In this document: positions 9,651-18,441 of the stretch, in pieces
Numbering within the stretch: position 1 is the stretch's first letter
How the letters are laid out: every line of letters begins with the position of its first letter
NCBI GenBank assembly: GCA_005882895.1
Contig: VBBD01000007.1
Location: forward strand, 1-62,479
DNA length: 62,479 bases
From: Candidatus Bathyarchaeota archaeon
Lineage (GTDB): Archaea; Thermoproteota; Bathyarchaeia; 40CM-2-53-6
Reading direction: 5' to 3'
Notes under the pieces: generated by a model
The model's input: the letters and a program-made list of their open reading frames with translations, nothing else
Databases searched by the model: none
What the model was told of the DNA's origin: nothing
Program-made: the position numbers and the translations under genes

Positions 9651-10949
9651 ATGTCCGCAAAACCCCATCTCAACCTGATAGTGATGGGTCATGTTGACCA
9701 TGGAAAGAGTACGCTGACAGGTCATCTTCTGTTCGATGCGGGATACATTGACCAGAAGACCATCGAGCAGTACGCGAAAGAATCTGAAAAGACAGGAGCA
9801 GGTGATACTTTCAAGTACGCCTGGGTCCTAGACACGATCAAGGAAGAGAGGGAAAGAGGAGTTACCATCGATCTCTCTTTCCAAAAGTTTGAGACACCGA
9901 AGAATTTCTACACGATCATAGACGCGCCCGGACACCGGGACTTCATCAAGAACATGATCACCGGCGCCAGCCAAGCGGACGTCGCAATTCTTGTCATTTC
10001 GGGTAAGAAGGGCGAATTCGAAGTCGCCGTTGGACCTGGAGGACAAGCGAGAGAGCACGCTTATCTTGCAAGAACTCTCGGAGTGAAGAACCTTGTCGTG
10101 GCCATCAACAAAATGGATGACCAGACAGTCAAGTATTCTGAGGAACGCTACAAGGAATGCCGGAAAGAGCTGGAAGGATTGCTCAAGACCGTGGGCTTTG
10201 ACGTTTCAAAGGTCCCGTTCGTGCCGACCAGCGGATGGCTGGGCGACAACCTGTCGAAGAAGAGCACGAACACGCCCTGGTACAAGGGAGTTACAGTGTA
10301 CGATGCCCTTAACGATTTCATTCCGCCACCGAAACCCTTGGACAAGCCTCTTCGCGTTCCGATTCAGGACGTGTACACAATCACCGGTGTTGGAACTGTC
10401 CCGGTAGGACGCGTCGAGACGGGTATTGTGAAAGATGGTGACAAGGTCATCTTTAATCCCTCCGGAAAGCTCGGCGAGGTAAAATCGATCGAGACCCATC
10501 ATGTTCGGATGACGAAGGCTGAGCCTGGAGACAACATCGGCTTCAACATCAGAGGAGTTGCAAAGAACGAGATCGGACGGGGAGAGGTTATGGGCCACAC
10601 GGACAAGCCACCGACGATAGCGAAAGAATTCATCGGACAGATCATCATAATCTACCACCCAACTGCCATCGCTGCAGGATACACCCCGGTGCTTCATGCG
10701 CACACTGCTACGGTCGGGGTGACTTTCGAGGAACTGATCAAGAAAATCGACCCACGAACAGGCCAGGTGGTCGAAGAGAAGCCTAGTTTCCTCAAGGTCG
10801 GCGACAGTGCCCTGGTGAAGATGAAGCCCTTGCACAACATGGTCTTGGAAGCGTTCTCGGACATTCCAGAACTTGGAAGGTTTGCTATCCGCGACATGGG
10901 CAGCACCGTCGGGGTCGGCGTGGTCAAAGAGATCATCACGAAAGGCTAG
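9651..10949 (+). CDS. tuf: Translation elongation factor EF-1alpha
   Basis: GHVDHGKST, ERERGVTID, DAPGHRDFIKNMITGASQAD, NKMD, LGRFAIRDMG. Confidence 0.99.
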   Translation: MSAKPHLNLIVMGHVDHGKSTLTGHLLFDAGYIDQKTIEQYAKESEKTGAGDTFKYAWVLDTIKEERERGVTIDLSFQKFETPKNFYTIIDAPGHRDFIKNMITGASQADVAILVISGKKGEFEVAVGPGGQAREHAYLARTLGVKNLVVAINKMDDQTVKYSEERYKECRKELEGLLKTVGFDVSKVPFVPTSGWLGDNLSKKSTNTPWYKGVTVYDALNDFIPPPKPLDKPLRVPIQDVYTITGVGTVPVGRVETGIVKDGDKVIFNPSGKLGEVKSIETHHVRMTKAEPGDNIGFNIRGVAKNEIGRGEVMGHTDKPPTIAKEFIGQIIIIYHPTAIAAGYTPVLHAHTATVGVTFEELIKKIDPRTGQVVEEKPSFLKVGDSALVKMKPLHNMVLEAFSDIPELGRFAIRDMGSTVGVGVVKEIITKG

Positions 10950-11165
10950 CTCAACACCACAGTAACTGTCCAAGGTACTCTACGACTCCAAGAACGAGTC
11001 CACAGATCTTCTGTCTTGCTGGCATTGCCTCAAACGGTGTTCTTTGTTTGAAGAACGCCTGAATTCAATACCGCGGTTTCCGCGGGAGTTTACACCAAGG
11101 TTTTTAACAGCACCGGACCCGCCCTAGCCCTTCGCTACAAAGGTCGACAATGAAGGTGTCTTGGG

Positions 11166-11474
11166 TTGGTTTCCAAAGCTAGAATTCGCCTGTCCAGCAC
11201 TGACCCCCAGGACATCAATACAATTTGCACAGAAATACGCGACATCGCCGACAAGACAGGCGTCAAGCTGAAAGGACCCATACCGTTGCCAACCAAGAAG
11301 CTCATCGTCCCATCAAGAAAATCGCCAGCCGGACAAGGAACACACACGTTCGACAAGTGGGAGATGAGGATTCACAAACGCCTCATCGACGTGGACCCAA
11401 ACGAACGATTCTTGAAAAGACTGATGAGGATAAGAGCACCTGACGATGTTTTTATCGAAATAGAACTACTGTAG
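11166..11474 (+). CDS. rps10: 30S ribosomal protein S10
   Basis: [25 protein letters not shown]; follows tuf. Confidence 0.97.
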   Translation: MVSKARIRLSSTDPQDINTICTEIRDIADKTGVKLKGPIPLPTKKLIVPSRKSPAGQGTHTFDKWEMRIHKRLIDVDPNERFLKRLMRIRAPDDVFIEIELL

Positions 11475-11477
11475 GGA

Positions 11478-13010
11478 CTACTTTCTCATTCGTCCGACAG
11501 AATTCGACTTTCGCTTTCGCGGCCGTCTTACGAATATTGCGAGGCTGCCAAGTACGATCATAGAGGCAAACCCGACGGTGACATATGACACGGACGAATC
11601 AACGACATTGACTCTTACAAAGACGTCGAGACTCACTTGCGAGTTGAATGCGGTCAGTGCTACATACCGCTGCCCTAGGGTCGCGTTCCAGGCAGCAAAA
11701 ATCGTAATGCTCGTAGAATAGGGAACGCTGGCTGGAACAATATCTGATTGAGAGGAGCTGTAGATCTGTGGAGGATAATAACCCGGGGCGTCCTGAGTCA
11801 CCGCCGACGAATTGAGCGAGAATTTTCCCTGGTCCGCTGAGTTGACAATAACCGATACCGGCCGGGACCCACCCCTCTGAATTACTACGTCAGGCAGCAC
11901 GCTGCCAAGGCTAATCGGGACCGGTACACTCGCGTTCACGTAACCTATCTGGCCCAGTGCCCAGGCGACGAACCAAACGAGATTATTCGGCCCTGGCATC
12001 GCCCACCACATCAACGGGATGGAACTTCCAGGGACCCAATACTCGGTAAGGACGCCGGTCAAGGGGTCATAACGAGCAATCCGCCCGGCAATGTGTTCCG
12101 AGAACCAGACCATGTTCTTTGCGTCGATAAAGATGGCATTAGGAAGCCCGTTGATGCAGTTGTCCGGACAATAACCAATCGGAAACACCTTCCAAACGTT
12201 TGTGAGCGGATTTAACACTCCAAATTGGTTGCTACCGTGATCAGTAAACCAGACGTTGCCAGAAGAGTCAACTGCGACCTGTATTGGTGCGGCCAGGTTC
12301 ACGTACGAAGGGGGAGAAAACTCATCGGGGACGGGAGAGACCTCAGGAACAAGACGACCAATTTTCTTAGACCCGGCCTCGGCAAACCATATTGTCTTCC
12401 CAGAGGGAGAAACGGTAATGCCTTGAACGATGGCCCCGCTCGTTCGAACCGGATAGGTCTGATTCAAGTGACTCAACGGGTCGTACATGGCAATACTACT
12501 CGCCCCAGATGAGCCCACCATGGACATCCATATTCGACCTTGAGTGTCATTCGCGAGGTACTGTAGGCTTTGGTCTGGAAAGGTAATCGCCTTTGTCTCG
12601 CTTGTTTGGTCCGTACTCGTGTCGTAGAAGGCCAGTGTCGAGTTCTCAGTGAACCAAACCTTCGTTGAAGGATTCACCGGATCGGCAAGAATCGAACTTA
12701 CGATCACGTTTGGGAGACTTATGACTCCTTTCGAGGTTCCATCGATGAAGAATTCTCTGATTTGGGAAGTAGGAGGATTCCCTGTGGCTATGCCGGCAAC
12801 CCAAATCGTTGAGCCTGTTGGATAGATGAGCCAAGGGCTCGGGCTTCCACTAGGGACCTTCGGCAGAAGAGTCACATATTGTTGAGCACTGGTCTGGAGG
12901 ACAAGGGCGGGCCCTGCGGCCTGGGGAGGATGAGTTAGCGCGTTACCTAATGCCGAGAGAGCAATAAGAATCAGGATTGGTCCGATCGAGTGTGATAATC
13001 GCATGATCAT
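11478..13010 (-). CDS. Secreted, C-terminally anchored Vgb(streptogramin lyase)-like beta-propeller
   Basis: Signal-like N-terminus; repeated VWFTE/IWFAE/VWFTD/VWFSE blades; C-terminal TM plus basic tail; ATG 13010 just after the cupredoxin stop. Confidence 0.75.
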   Translation of the reverse strand: MIMRLSHSIGPILILIALSALGNALTHPPQAAGPALVLQTSAQQYVTLLPKVPSGSPSPWLIYPTGSTIWVAGIATGNPPTSQIREFFIDGTSKGVISLPNVIVSSILADPVNPSTKVWFTENSTLAFYDTSTDQTSETKAITFPDQSLQYLANDTQGRIWMSMVGSSGASSIAMYDPLSHLNQTYPVRTSGAIVQGITVSPSGKTIWFAEAGSKKIGRLVPEVSPVPDEFSPPSYVNLAAPIQVAVDSSGNVWFTDHGSNQFGVLNPLTNVWKVFPIGYCPDNCINGLPNAIFIDAKNMVWFSEHIAGRIARYDPLTGVLTEYWVPGSSIPLMWWAMPGPNNLVWFVAWALGQIGYVNASVPVPISLGSVLPDVVIQRGGSRPVSVIVNSADQGKFSLNSSAVTQDAPGYYPPQIYSSSQSDIVPASVPYSTSITIFAAWNATLGQRYVALTAFNSQVSLDVFVRVNVVDSSVSYVTVGFASMIVLGSLAIFVRRPRKRKSNSVGRMRK

Positions 13011-13021
13011 CCTGGCGTTGC

Positions 13022-13447
13022 CTAGGTTACATTTAGGAGACCAGTCCGCATGAATTGGTGGACTGTGCAAACGCCGAGTGAGCAGTACATAGTGAACTGC
13101 CCTATTTTGGTCGCTTGGAATTTCAATGTCTGGGGGGGGCTTCCTCCGACAATTTCCAAGCCGCTGTTGGAGTAGTAAGTCACTGCGAACCCGTGAGCCT
13201 GTGTGTCGTTGTTAATTATGGTGATCTCAACCCTATCGCATTGGTGAACTGTGGTGACAGGCCAAGGACCAGTTTGAGACTTGCTCCCGTTGTACCCGTT
13301 TAGATCAGCAACAATCGTGATGGAGCGAGTGGCTCCACTCACACCCGAACAGGGAGATGGGGGAGGGCTGAGTACTACTGCGAACACTCCGCCTGCTGCG
13401 AGAGAAGTGGCAACGAGCGCGATTATGACCATCTCGCTAGTTCTCAA
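13022..13447 (-). CDS. Membrane-anchored cupredoxin-domain protein (CuA-like), copy 1
   Basis: N-terminal TM; NNDTQAHGF; GQFTMYCSLGVCTVHQFMRTGLL. Confidence 0.8.
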   Translation of the reverse strand: MRTSEMVIIALVATSLAAGGVFAVVLSPPPSPCSGVSGATRSITIVADLNGYNGSKSQTGPWPVTTVHQCDRVEITIINNDTQAHGFAVTYYSNSGLEIVGGSPPQTLKFQATKIGQFTMYCSLGVCTVHQFMRTGLLNVT

Positions 13448-13651
13448 CGATCACACCCAAGGTTCTCAGCCTGATATACGGCCCGGACTAGAAGTTTGGA
13501 GGAACCCCGCTAAATAGAGCCATGGTCAATACGTTCAACAGGACATTGGCCCGTAGAGCACAGGTACCAAAGGAACATGATCTGGCTCTCTAGGCTAAAG
13601 AGGACCATGAGCTCGAAAGGCTTAGCCTAGGCTACTTTTGAACCTGCCGGG

Positions 13652-14245
13652 CTATCCGTATGTTATGACTATGTTATCAGGCACACAGGGCTGGAATACG
13701 CAAAGAGCGGTAGAGGACGCTGCTTTGCGGGGGAAAACGTAATTTTGAAAGCTAGTGTCGGGATTGCCATTTACAGTCATGTTTAGGTGGTGTGTCCCGT
13801 CTACTTTGTGGTCGAAAATCTGAGTAGAGTTGAAGATAGCCGTAGTGGGATTGTTTGCCCAATGTCCCCAGAGAAGGAACCAGTCGCCAAGCGTGTAGTC
13901 TCTGTTTTGATCAGTTTCAATATGGAGGGTACCAGTCGCGTCATGGGTGTGAATCGGTTGCTGACATCCATTGTCGAATGTTCCAGGCGATGGGGGAAGG
14001 GCAAAGTTGGCCCCGTTTATGGAGATAGTCAAATTTGGGTGGGAGTGGTAGGCTTGACCCTCAACGCAATGGCTCAGATAGTCAGGCAGCGGTACAAGGT
14101 TCGGTGGCGGGCGCAAGAAGACGATGGCGACTACGATTACCGCAATGAGAATTATCGCAATAGCCAAGGTGGTTAGTGCTCTCTGTCGGCGTTTTCTCTT
14201 GACATCCCCGAGAATCTTCTGCTTTCGGGTCTGGGTCTGAGACAT
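13652..14245 (-). CDS. Membrane-anchored protein with HxH/HTHD/H motifs, putative metal-binding
   Basis: Basic N-terminus plus TM; YHSHPNLTISING, CQQPIHTHDATGTLHIE, YTLGDWF. Confidence 0.7.
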   Translation of the reverse strand: MSQTQTRKQKILGDVKRKRRQRALTTLAIAIILIAVIVVAIVFLRPPPNLVPLPDYLSHCVEGQAYHSHPNLTISINGANFALPPSPGTFDNGCQQPIHTHDATGTLHIETDQNRDYTLGDWFLLWGHWANNPTTAIFNSTQIFDHKVDGTHHLNMTVNGNPDTSFQNYVFPRKAASSTALCVFQPCVPDNIVITYG

Positions 14246-14395
14246 CGAGAGCGACCTATGCAGGAATTCGAGTGCGTTCGAGCAATAATATCTTTCCCGC
14301 GGAACTCGAAAAGAGAGAGGATAAGACCCTAAGACCTTCAGTCGAGATGGAGAGCCTTAAGACATATTTGAGAAGGCTGTCGAGGGGTTTCTCCT

Positions 14396-14577
14396 GCGGG
14401 GGTACCAGAGTCAGGTCAAATCATCTGACTAAATGGGCGGGTCGCGCCTAGCACGCGCGCGCTACACTCAAGACCCAATACCGCAAAGGCGTCGGAGCGA
14501 TTAATGCCTTGGCAAAACGCGGGTGTGCTATCCCGTGGCGTAGGCCTTCGTGGGTTCGAATCCCACCCCCCGCACCA
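14396..14577 (+). tRNA. tRNA-Leu(CAA) with three introns (21/22: 14420-14432; 30/31: 14442-14465; 37/38: 14473-14529), CCA encoded
   Basis: Acceptor GCGGGGG/CCCCCGC-A-CCA; T arm GTGGG-TTCGAAT-CCCAC; Leu-type variable arm; spliced anticodon arm CGGGA-CTCAAGA-TCCCG; each intron bounded by a 4-bp helix and 3-nt bulges. Confidence 0.92.
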
Positions 14578-14601
14578 ACTTATCATACTGTGATGGACAC
14601 A

Positions 14602-15459
14602 TCAAGGGTGAGCAGTCAGAATATCGGGGGTAGGGCTCGCTTTGACTTCTCTCCAGGTGAAGATCATTACGGGAATTATTACGCCTATCATGAACGCCAG
14701 AACTATCAGATTTCCAAAATCTAGGGGAATGATGTCTTGTATGCCAGTTCGGAAGAGTATCCCCGCAATGATGAATATTATGCCGCCGTAAAATAGACTG
14801 CGTGCCCCTGCTCTCGTTCCGAAGGTCTGGATTCTTTCGGGACCCCACTTCTTCGCGATTTGGAGGACGCCACCGAAGAGCGAACCAATTGCTAGCAACA
14901 CGATTAGTGTGCCAAAGCCGAATGCTGCCCCCGGTGCGAACCCAAGGTATGCAACAGGCATTGCTGGAACGGCGACCAAATAGATGAAAGTGGTGAACAG
15001 CCCAGTGTCCACGCCGAAGCCCGCGATGAACCCGTGGATTACGCACCAGTGTGTGGGAACCCGTCTTGAGGCGCCTTTCTCATCGTAATGCGTTTTAGCA
15101 TGAGTGCGCAGGAATCGAGCAAGGGGATGCCAAGACGGCAATTTCCCGGACAATATCAGATATCCCGCGAGGGACATGGCGATTCCGACAGCTACGTAGA
15201 CGAGTGCGTTCAAACCTTCGTCGAAGGCGAGATAACTAGCGAGCGCGAAGTAGACGAGCTGGGCCATAATTGCGCGTTGGAGTGTAAAGGCTGAGGCGAA
15301 GAACATGCCTGAGAGCATTCCTCCTCTCCCAGTAGCTGAACCCACTGAATAGCTGAAAGTGATAGGCCAAGTGTGTTCGTCTGGAATGACCCCGTGCAGC
15401 ATTCCGAGCCCCAGAGAGCCCAGCAAGAGAACGATCCATTCCGGGAGAAGAGGGATCAC
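14602..15459 (-). CDS. Ni/Co transporter-like membrane protein (NiCoT/RcnA/UreH superfamily)
   Basis: LGMLHGVIPDEHTWP TM1 motif, His-containing loop, IHGFIAG; divergent from nikR; GTG 15459 preferred start. Confidence 0.7.
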   Translation of the reverse strand: MIPLLPEWIVLLLGSLGLGMLHGVIPDEHTWPITFSYSVGSATGRGGMLSGMFFASAFTLQRAIMAQLVYFALASYLAFDEGLNALVYVAVGIAMSLAGYLILSGKLPSWHPLARFLRTHAKTHYDEKGASRRVPTHWCVIHGFIAGFGVDTGLFTTFIYLVAVPAMPVAYLGFAPGAAFGFGTLIVLLAIGSLFGGVLQIAKKWGPERIQTFGTRAGARSLFYGGIIFIIAGILFRTGIQDIIPLDFGNLIVLAFMIGVIIPVMIFTWREVKASPTPDILTAHP

Positions 15460-15481
15460 GGCACGAGAGATGGAGATGGAA

Positions 15482-15509
15482 TTATTAAGTATTTTCTGGA
15501 TTTTAATAA
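15482..15509. promoter_or_regulatory. Candidate NikR operator TTATTA-N16-TAATAA overlapping the permease TATA-like box
   Basis: Perfect inverted repeat with the 6-16-6 geometry of the E. coli NikR operator, between nikR and the permease. Confidence 0.6.
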
Positions 15510-15553
15510 CTCTAATATAAGCAGTCACCTGGAAATTATTATGGCACAGTCAA

Positions 15554-15940
15554 ATGCCCATCGTTAGCGTCTCGTTACCCGACGAACTAGTCGATTCCAT
15601 GACTGCGATTCAGGAATCCCAAGGATATGCCGGAAGATCTGACGTAGTCAGAGCTGCAATACGTCTCCTGCTATCTGACTCAAGAGAGAAAGCGTCACTC
15701 ACCGGCCGAGTAGCTGCAATTCTCGTGGTTACACATGATGAATCGAACGAAGAGCCAATCACTCGGTTGAAGCACGCTTACGATGACATTGTGCGAACCC
15801 ACATTCACAATAAAATGGGCCAAAACAACTGTTTCGAACTGTTTCTCCTAGAGGGAGAAGGAAGGAAGGTCGCTTCAATGACTAGTGCATTCCAGAAAGA
15901 GAAGAAGCTGAAAAGCGTCAGGCTTCTCGTGGTCCGATAG
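15554..15940 (+). CDS. nikR: Nickel-responsive regulator, NikR family
   Basis: N-terminal ribbon-helix-helix (IVSVSLP...GYAGRSDVVRAAIR) and metal-site residues H...HIH...C. Confidence 0.88.
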   Translation: MPIVSVSLPDELVDSMTAIQESQGYAGRSDVVRAAIRLLLSDSREKASLTGRVAAILVVTHDESNEEPITRLKHAYDDIVRTHIHNKMGQNNCFELFLLEGEGRKVASMTSAFQKEKKLKSVRLLVVR

Positions 15941-16074
15941 AGAGTTGACGAAGGGTTCAGAGGTACACAGCGAGACCATAGAATCTGAGATCTTTGGATC
16001 GATTTGAAACCCGACACTTTCATCGAAATGACCCGGCTTTGAATCGACGCGAGATTTGCAGTAGCGGTTAGATC

Positions 16075-16881
16075 TTAGCCTGAATGGAATAGAGCCGCGA
16101 AGTAGATCGTGAGGAGTCCAAGGGTTATGAGCACCGCCATCGTCATCGATTCCTTCGAGCTTGCAGGGTTCGCCTTGTTGAACATCGATCCAAAGAGCCT
16201 CACCGCGGCATAGATCGCCGTTCCGGTGCCCAGGGCGTAGAAGTAGCTGCTGTCGTAGGTTAGGTAATAGCCGCTGGCAGCGCCGATGAGCGAGGGAATC
16301 GCGAAGACTATGCTCAGAATTGCAAGGTCTCTCAGGCGACCTGTGGTATTCTTAGCGTGCTGGATAGAGTATGCGCAATAGCAAGCGCCTATTATCATAG
16401 GTTCAAGTGCCTTGTGCAGAACATATGCTACTCCGCCGGAAACGCCGCCGAATGTGTCCAGAAGCGACGTGCTTGTTGTCAGCGCAGCAGTTCCCCCGAA
16501 GGCTGCGCCCTCGCCGAGCCCGTGGACGCCTAATGCCGCTGCAACTAGCATCGGTATCGCCAAGCCATACTTTCCAATTGCTAACTCAGGCGAGAAGATA
16601 TTTCGATTACGATCAATTGAAAAGAAGAAGAGAAGGCCGATGGCAAAGAGTCCTACGATTGCAAGCTGACCTGCACCTCCAGAGAAACCCGAGTTGACAT
16701 CGAGGCTTGCTGCCCCGGTTATCGTGTCGACGAAAAACCAGAACAAAATCCCGAATGCAAATGCCGCAACGTATCTTGTCTGAAATTTCATTCCCACCAA
16801 CACAATAAGGGACAACCCTACAAACGCGGGAATCAGCGTCGACGCAGTCCACGGAAGGAAACTCTCAGCGAATCCCAGCAT
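16075..16881 (-). CDS. ZIP (GufA-like) divalent metal permease
   Basis: About 8 TM; GVHGLGEGAAFG and VLHKALEP match ZIP TM4/TM5 motifs; ATG 16881 fits a leaderless start. Confidence 0.7.
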   Translation of the reverse strand: MLGFAESFLPWTASTLIPAFVGLSLIVLVGMKFQTRYVAAFAFGILFWFFVDTITGAASLDVNSGFSGGAGQLAIVGLFAIGLLFFFSIDRNRNIFSPELAIGKYGLAIPMLVAAALGVHGLGEGAAFGGTAALTTSTSLLDTFGGVSGGVAYVLHKALEPMIIGACYCAYSIQHAKNTTGRLRDLAILSIVFAIPSLIGAASGYYLTYDSSYFYALGTGTAIYAAVRLFGSMFNKANPASSKESMTMAVLITLGLLTIYFAALFHSG

Positions 16882-16919
16882 GAGCAAGTGTCTCAAGCCT
16901 ATTGTTCTAAGGTTTTTTG

Positions 16920-16934
16920 GCTCAAGTTACGAAC
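16920..16934 (-). promoter_or_regulatory. Conserved motif GTTCG-N5-TGAGC abutting BRE/TATA-like elements of the ZIP gene
   Basis: Minus strand GTTCG TAACT TGAGC CAAAAAA CCTTAGAA. Confidence 0.65.
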
Positions 16935-16977
16935 AGGACAAAGAATATCCTTTGAGTGCGAGACTAACTAGCTTCTT

Positions 16978-16992
16978 GTTCGCAGTTTGAGC
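16978..16992 (+). promoter_or_regulatory. Conserved motif GTTCG-N5-TGAGC abutting BRE/TATA-like elements of the cupredoxin-2 operon
   Basis: GTTCG CAGTT TGAGC CATAACT TTCTTAAT. Confidence 0.65.
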
Positions 16993-17058
16993 CATAACTT
17001 TCTTAATCATCGGACGCCAGTCTGTACATTCCCATATTCGCAGCGTAGTTAGGTTTCC

Positions 17059-17601
17059 ATGCAACTTACCTTGCCGGTCCACTCGGAGACTAGTGGTAAC
17101 GGAAAATTAGCTGGGAGCTCAAGCGGGGAAGAGTCCGCGCGAACAAGACTTTTGCGACGGGTGCTGGTGATCGTACTCATCGTCGTGGTAGTCACCGGGT
17201 TTTTCGCTGCGGCGTATACGTTTCATTTCTTCGGTCTCGGGGCAACCAACTGTTGGGCCCGTCCCGCGAGCGTGCCGGCAAGCTCTGCCTACTTCGTCGT
17301 CGTGATGGCTAACGAAGGGATGAATGTCGGGTTCAACGGTAGCAAGTTCCAAAGCGGCTCTTGGCCTATAATGAATGTAACGCTGGGGAGAAACGTTACG
17401 ATTCATGTCATAAACAATGATACAATTCAGTCTCATGGATTTGCGATACAGAGCTACTTCAACGGTTTTGCGCTGGGTCCCGGCAAGTGTAGTGATGTGA
17501 CGTTTACAGCGGATCAACCTGGCTCGTTCTTGGTTTATTGCTACATTTCCTGCACAATCCATGTGTTCATGCAGAATGGGAAAGTTAACGTGAACCCTTG
17601 A
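17059..17601 (+). CDS. Membrane-anchored cupredoxin-domain protein (CuA-like), copy 2
   Basis: TM; NNDTIQSHGF; GSFLVYCYISCTIHVFMQNGKV. Confidence 0.82.
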   Translation: MQLTLPVHSETSGNGKLAGSSSGEESARTRLLRRVLVIVLIVVVVTGFFAAAYTFHFFGLGATNCWARPASVPASSAYFVVVMANEGMNVGFNGSKFQSGSWPIMNVTLGRNVTIHVINNDTIQSHGFAIQSYFNGFALGPGKCSDVTFTADQPGSFLVYCYISCTIHVFMQNGKVNVNP

Positions 17602-17604
17602 ACG

Positions 17605-17943
17605 ATGGAAGGAGCGACGTGGCTATCCATGTTTAACGTCACCGACGGGCTGGTGCATGTTCTCCTCGTGGCTTTCTCGGCCTTAGTCCTGTTGATCTCT
17701 CTGCTCGCGTACGTCGGTCGGAGAGACTCGAGGTATCTTTTTCTCTCGCTAGCTTTCGCCTTCCTCGCGCTTAGCCAAGTAGTCGAGCTAGTTGAGACCA
17801 TATTTTTGTCGAATCAGTTGATCTTCATTCCCCTAACAGGGGTACACTTGTCGCACTTTCTAGACTTCCTGATGCTGTCTAGCTTCAGCTTGGCCTTGCT
17901 TGTTCGAAATGGAGAGAGCCTTGGGAGTTCAGGGAAACAGTAG
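17605..17943 (+). CDS. Small 3-TM membrane protein co-transcribed with a wHTH regulator
   Basis: Hydrophobic helices with intramembrane His/Glu/Asp; overlaps the next gene. Confidence 0.7.
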   Translation: MEGATWLSMFNVTDGLVHVLLVAFSALVLLISLLAYVGRRDSRYLFLSLAFAFLALSQVVELVETIFLSNQLIFIPLTGVHLSHFLDFLMLSSFSLALLVRNGESLGSSGKQ

Positions 17944-18430
17944 GGTCAGGGTCAAGCAGCTTGTCTCGCTTGCCCCAGGCGTTCACCTAAGAGAACTCCA
18001 GCGACTCCTGGGCATGTCATTCAATTCTACACGGTACCATGTGGACAAGTTGACGACGGCCGGCGAAATTATCCGAGTAGAAGAAGGAGGGTATTCTCGG
18101 CTCTATCCCGCCGGGATCAGCGAAGCAGAAAGGGCCATTTTCACCCTTGTTCGCGGCGAGACGGATAGGAAGATCTTGGCGAGTCTAGTTGCTGACCCAA
18201 TCCTCTCAAACAAACAGCTATGCGAGCAAACAAACCTGGCGAAATCCACCGTCAGTGAACATCTAACGGGACTTGTGCGAGCGGGCATAGTCAAGACGCG
18301 ACAAGTGACCGAGAACTTTGTTGCATATGAACTGGAGCAACCTGATCAAATCCGATTCCTGTTGAGGAGCCAGAACCCGAGTATTCTCAAGAAGGCAAGT
18401 GACCGATTCATAGACCTGTGGGACTTCTGA
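17909..18430 (+). CDS. Tandem winged-HTH (ArsR-like) transcription regulator
   Basis: PGVHLRELQRLLGMSFNSTRYHVDKL and LSNKQLCEQTNLAKSTVSEHLTGL; C-terminal DRFIDLW. Confidence 0.85.
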   Translation: MERALGVQGNSRVRVKQLVSLAPGVHLRELQRLLGMSFNSTRYHVDKLTTAGEIIRVEEGGYSRLYPAGISEAERAIFTLVRGETDRKILASLVADPILSNKQLCEQTNLAKSTVSEHLTGLVRAGIVKTRQVTENFVAYELEQPDQIRFLLRSQNPSILKKASDRFIDLWDF

Positions 18431-18441
18431 GACGGCAGGGC

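Noticed and set aside
10206-10973. Long antisense ORF in tuf (255 aa) and similar shadow ORFs over gdhA, lsrF, hppD and the deacetylase
   Set aside because: Opposite-strand shadows of well-supported genes, with no recognisable motifs
14509-15046. ORFs 14509-14724 (+) and 14528-15046 (-)
   Set aside because: They overlap the tRNA and the permease; the GVGFEPT-like peptide is the typical artefact of translating a tRNA antisense
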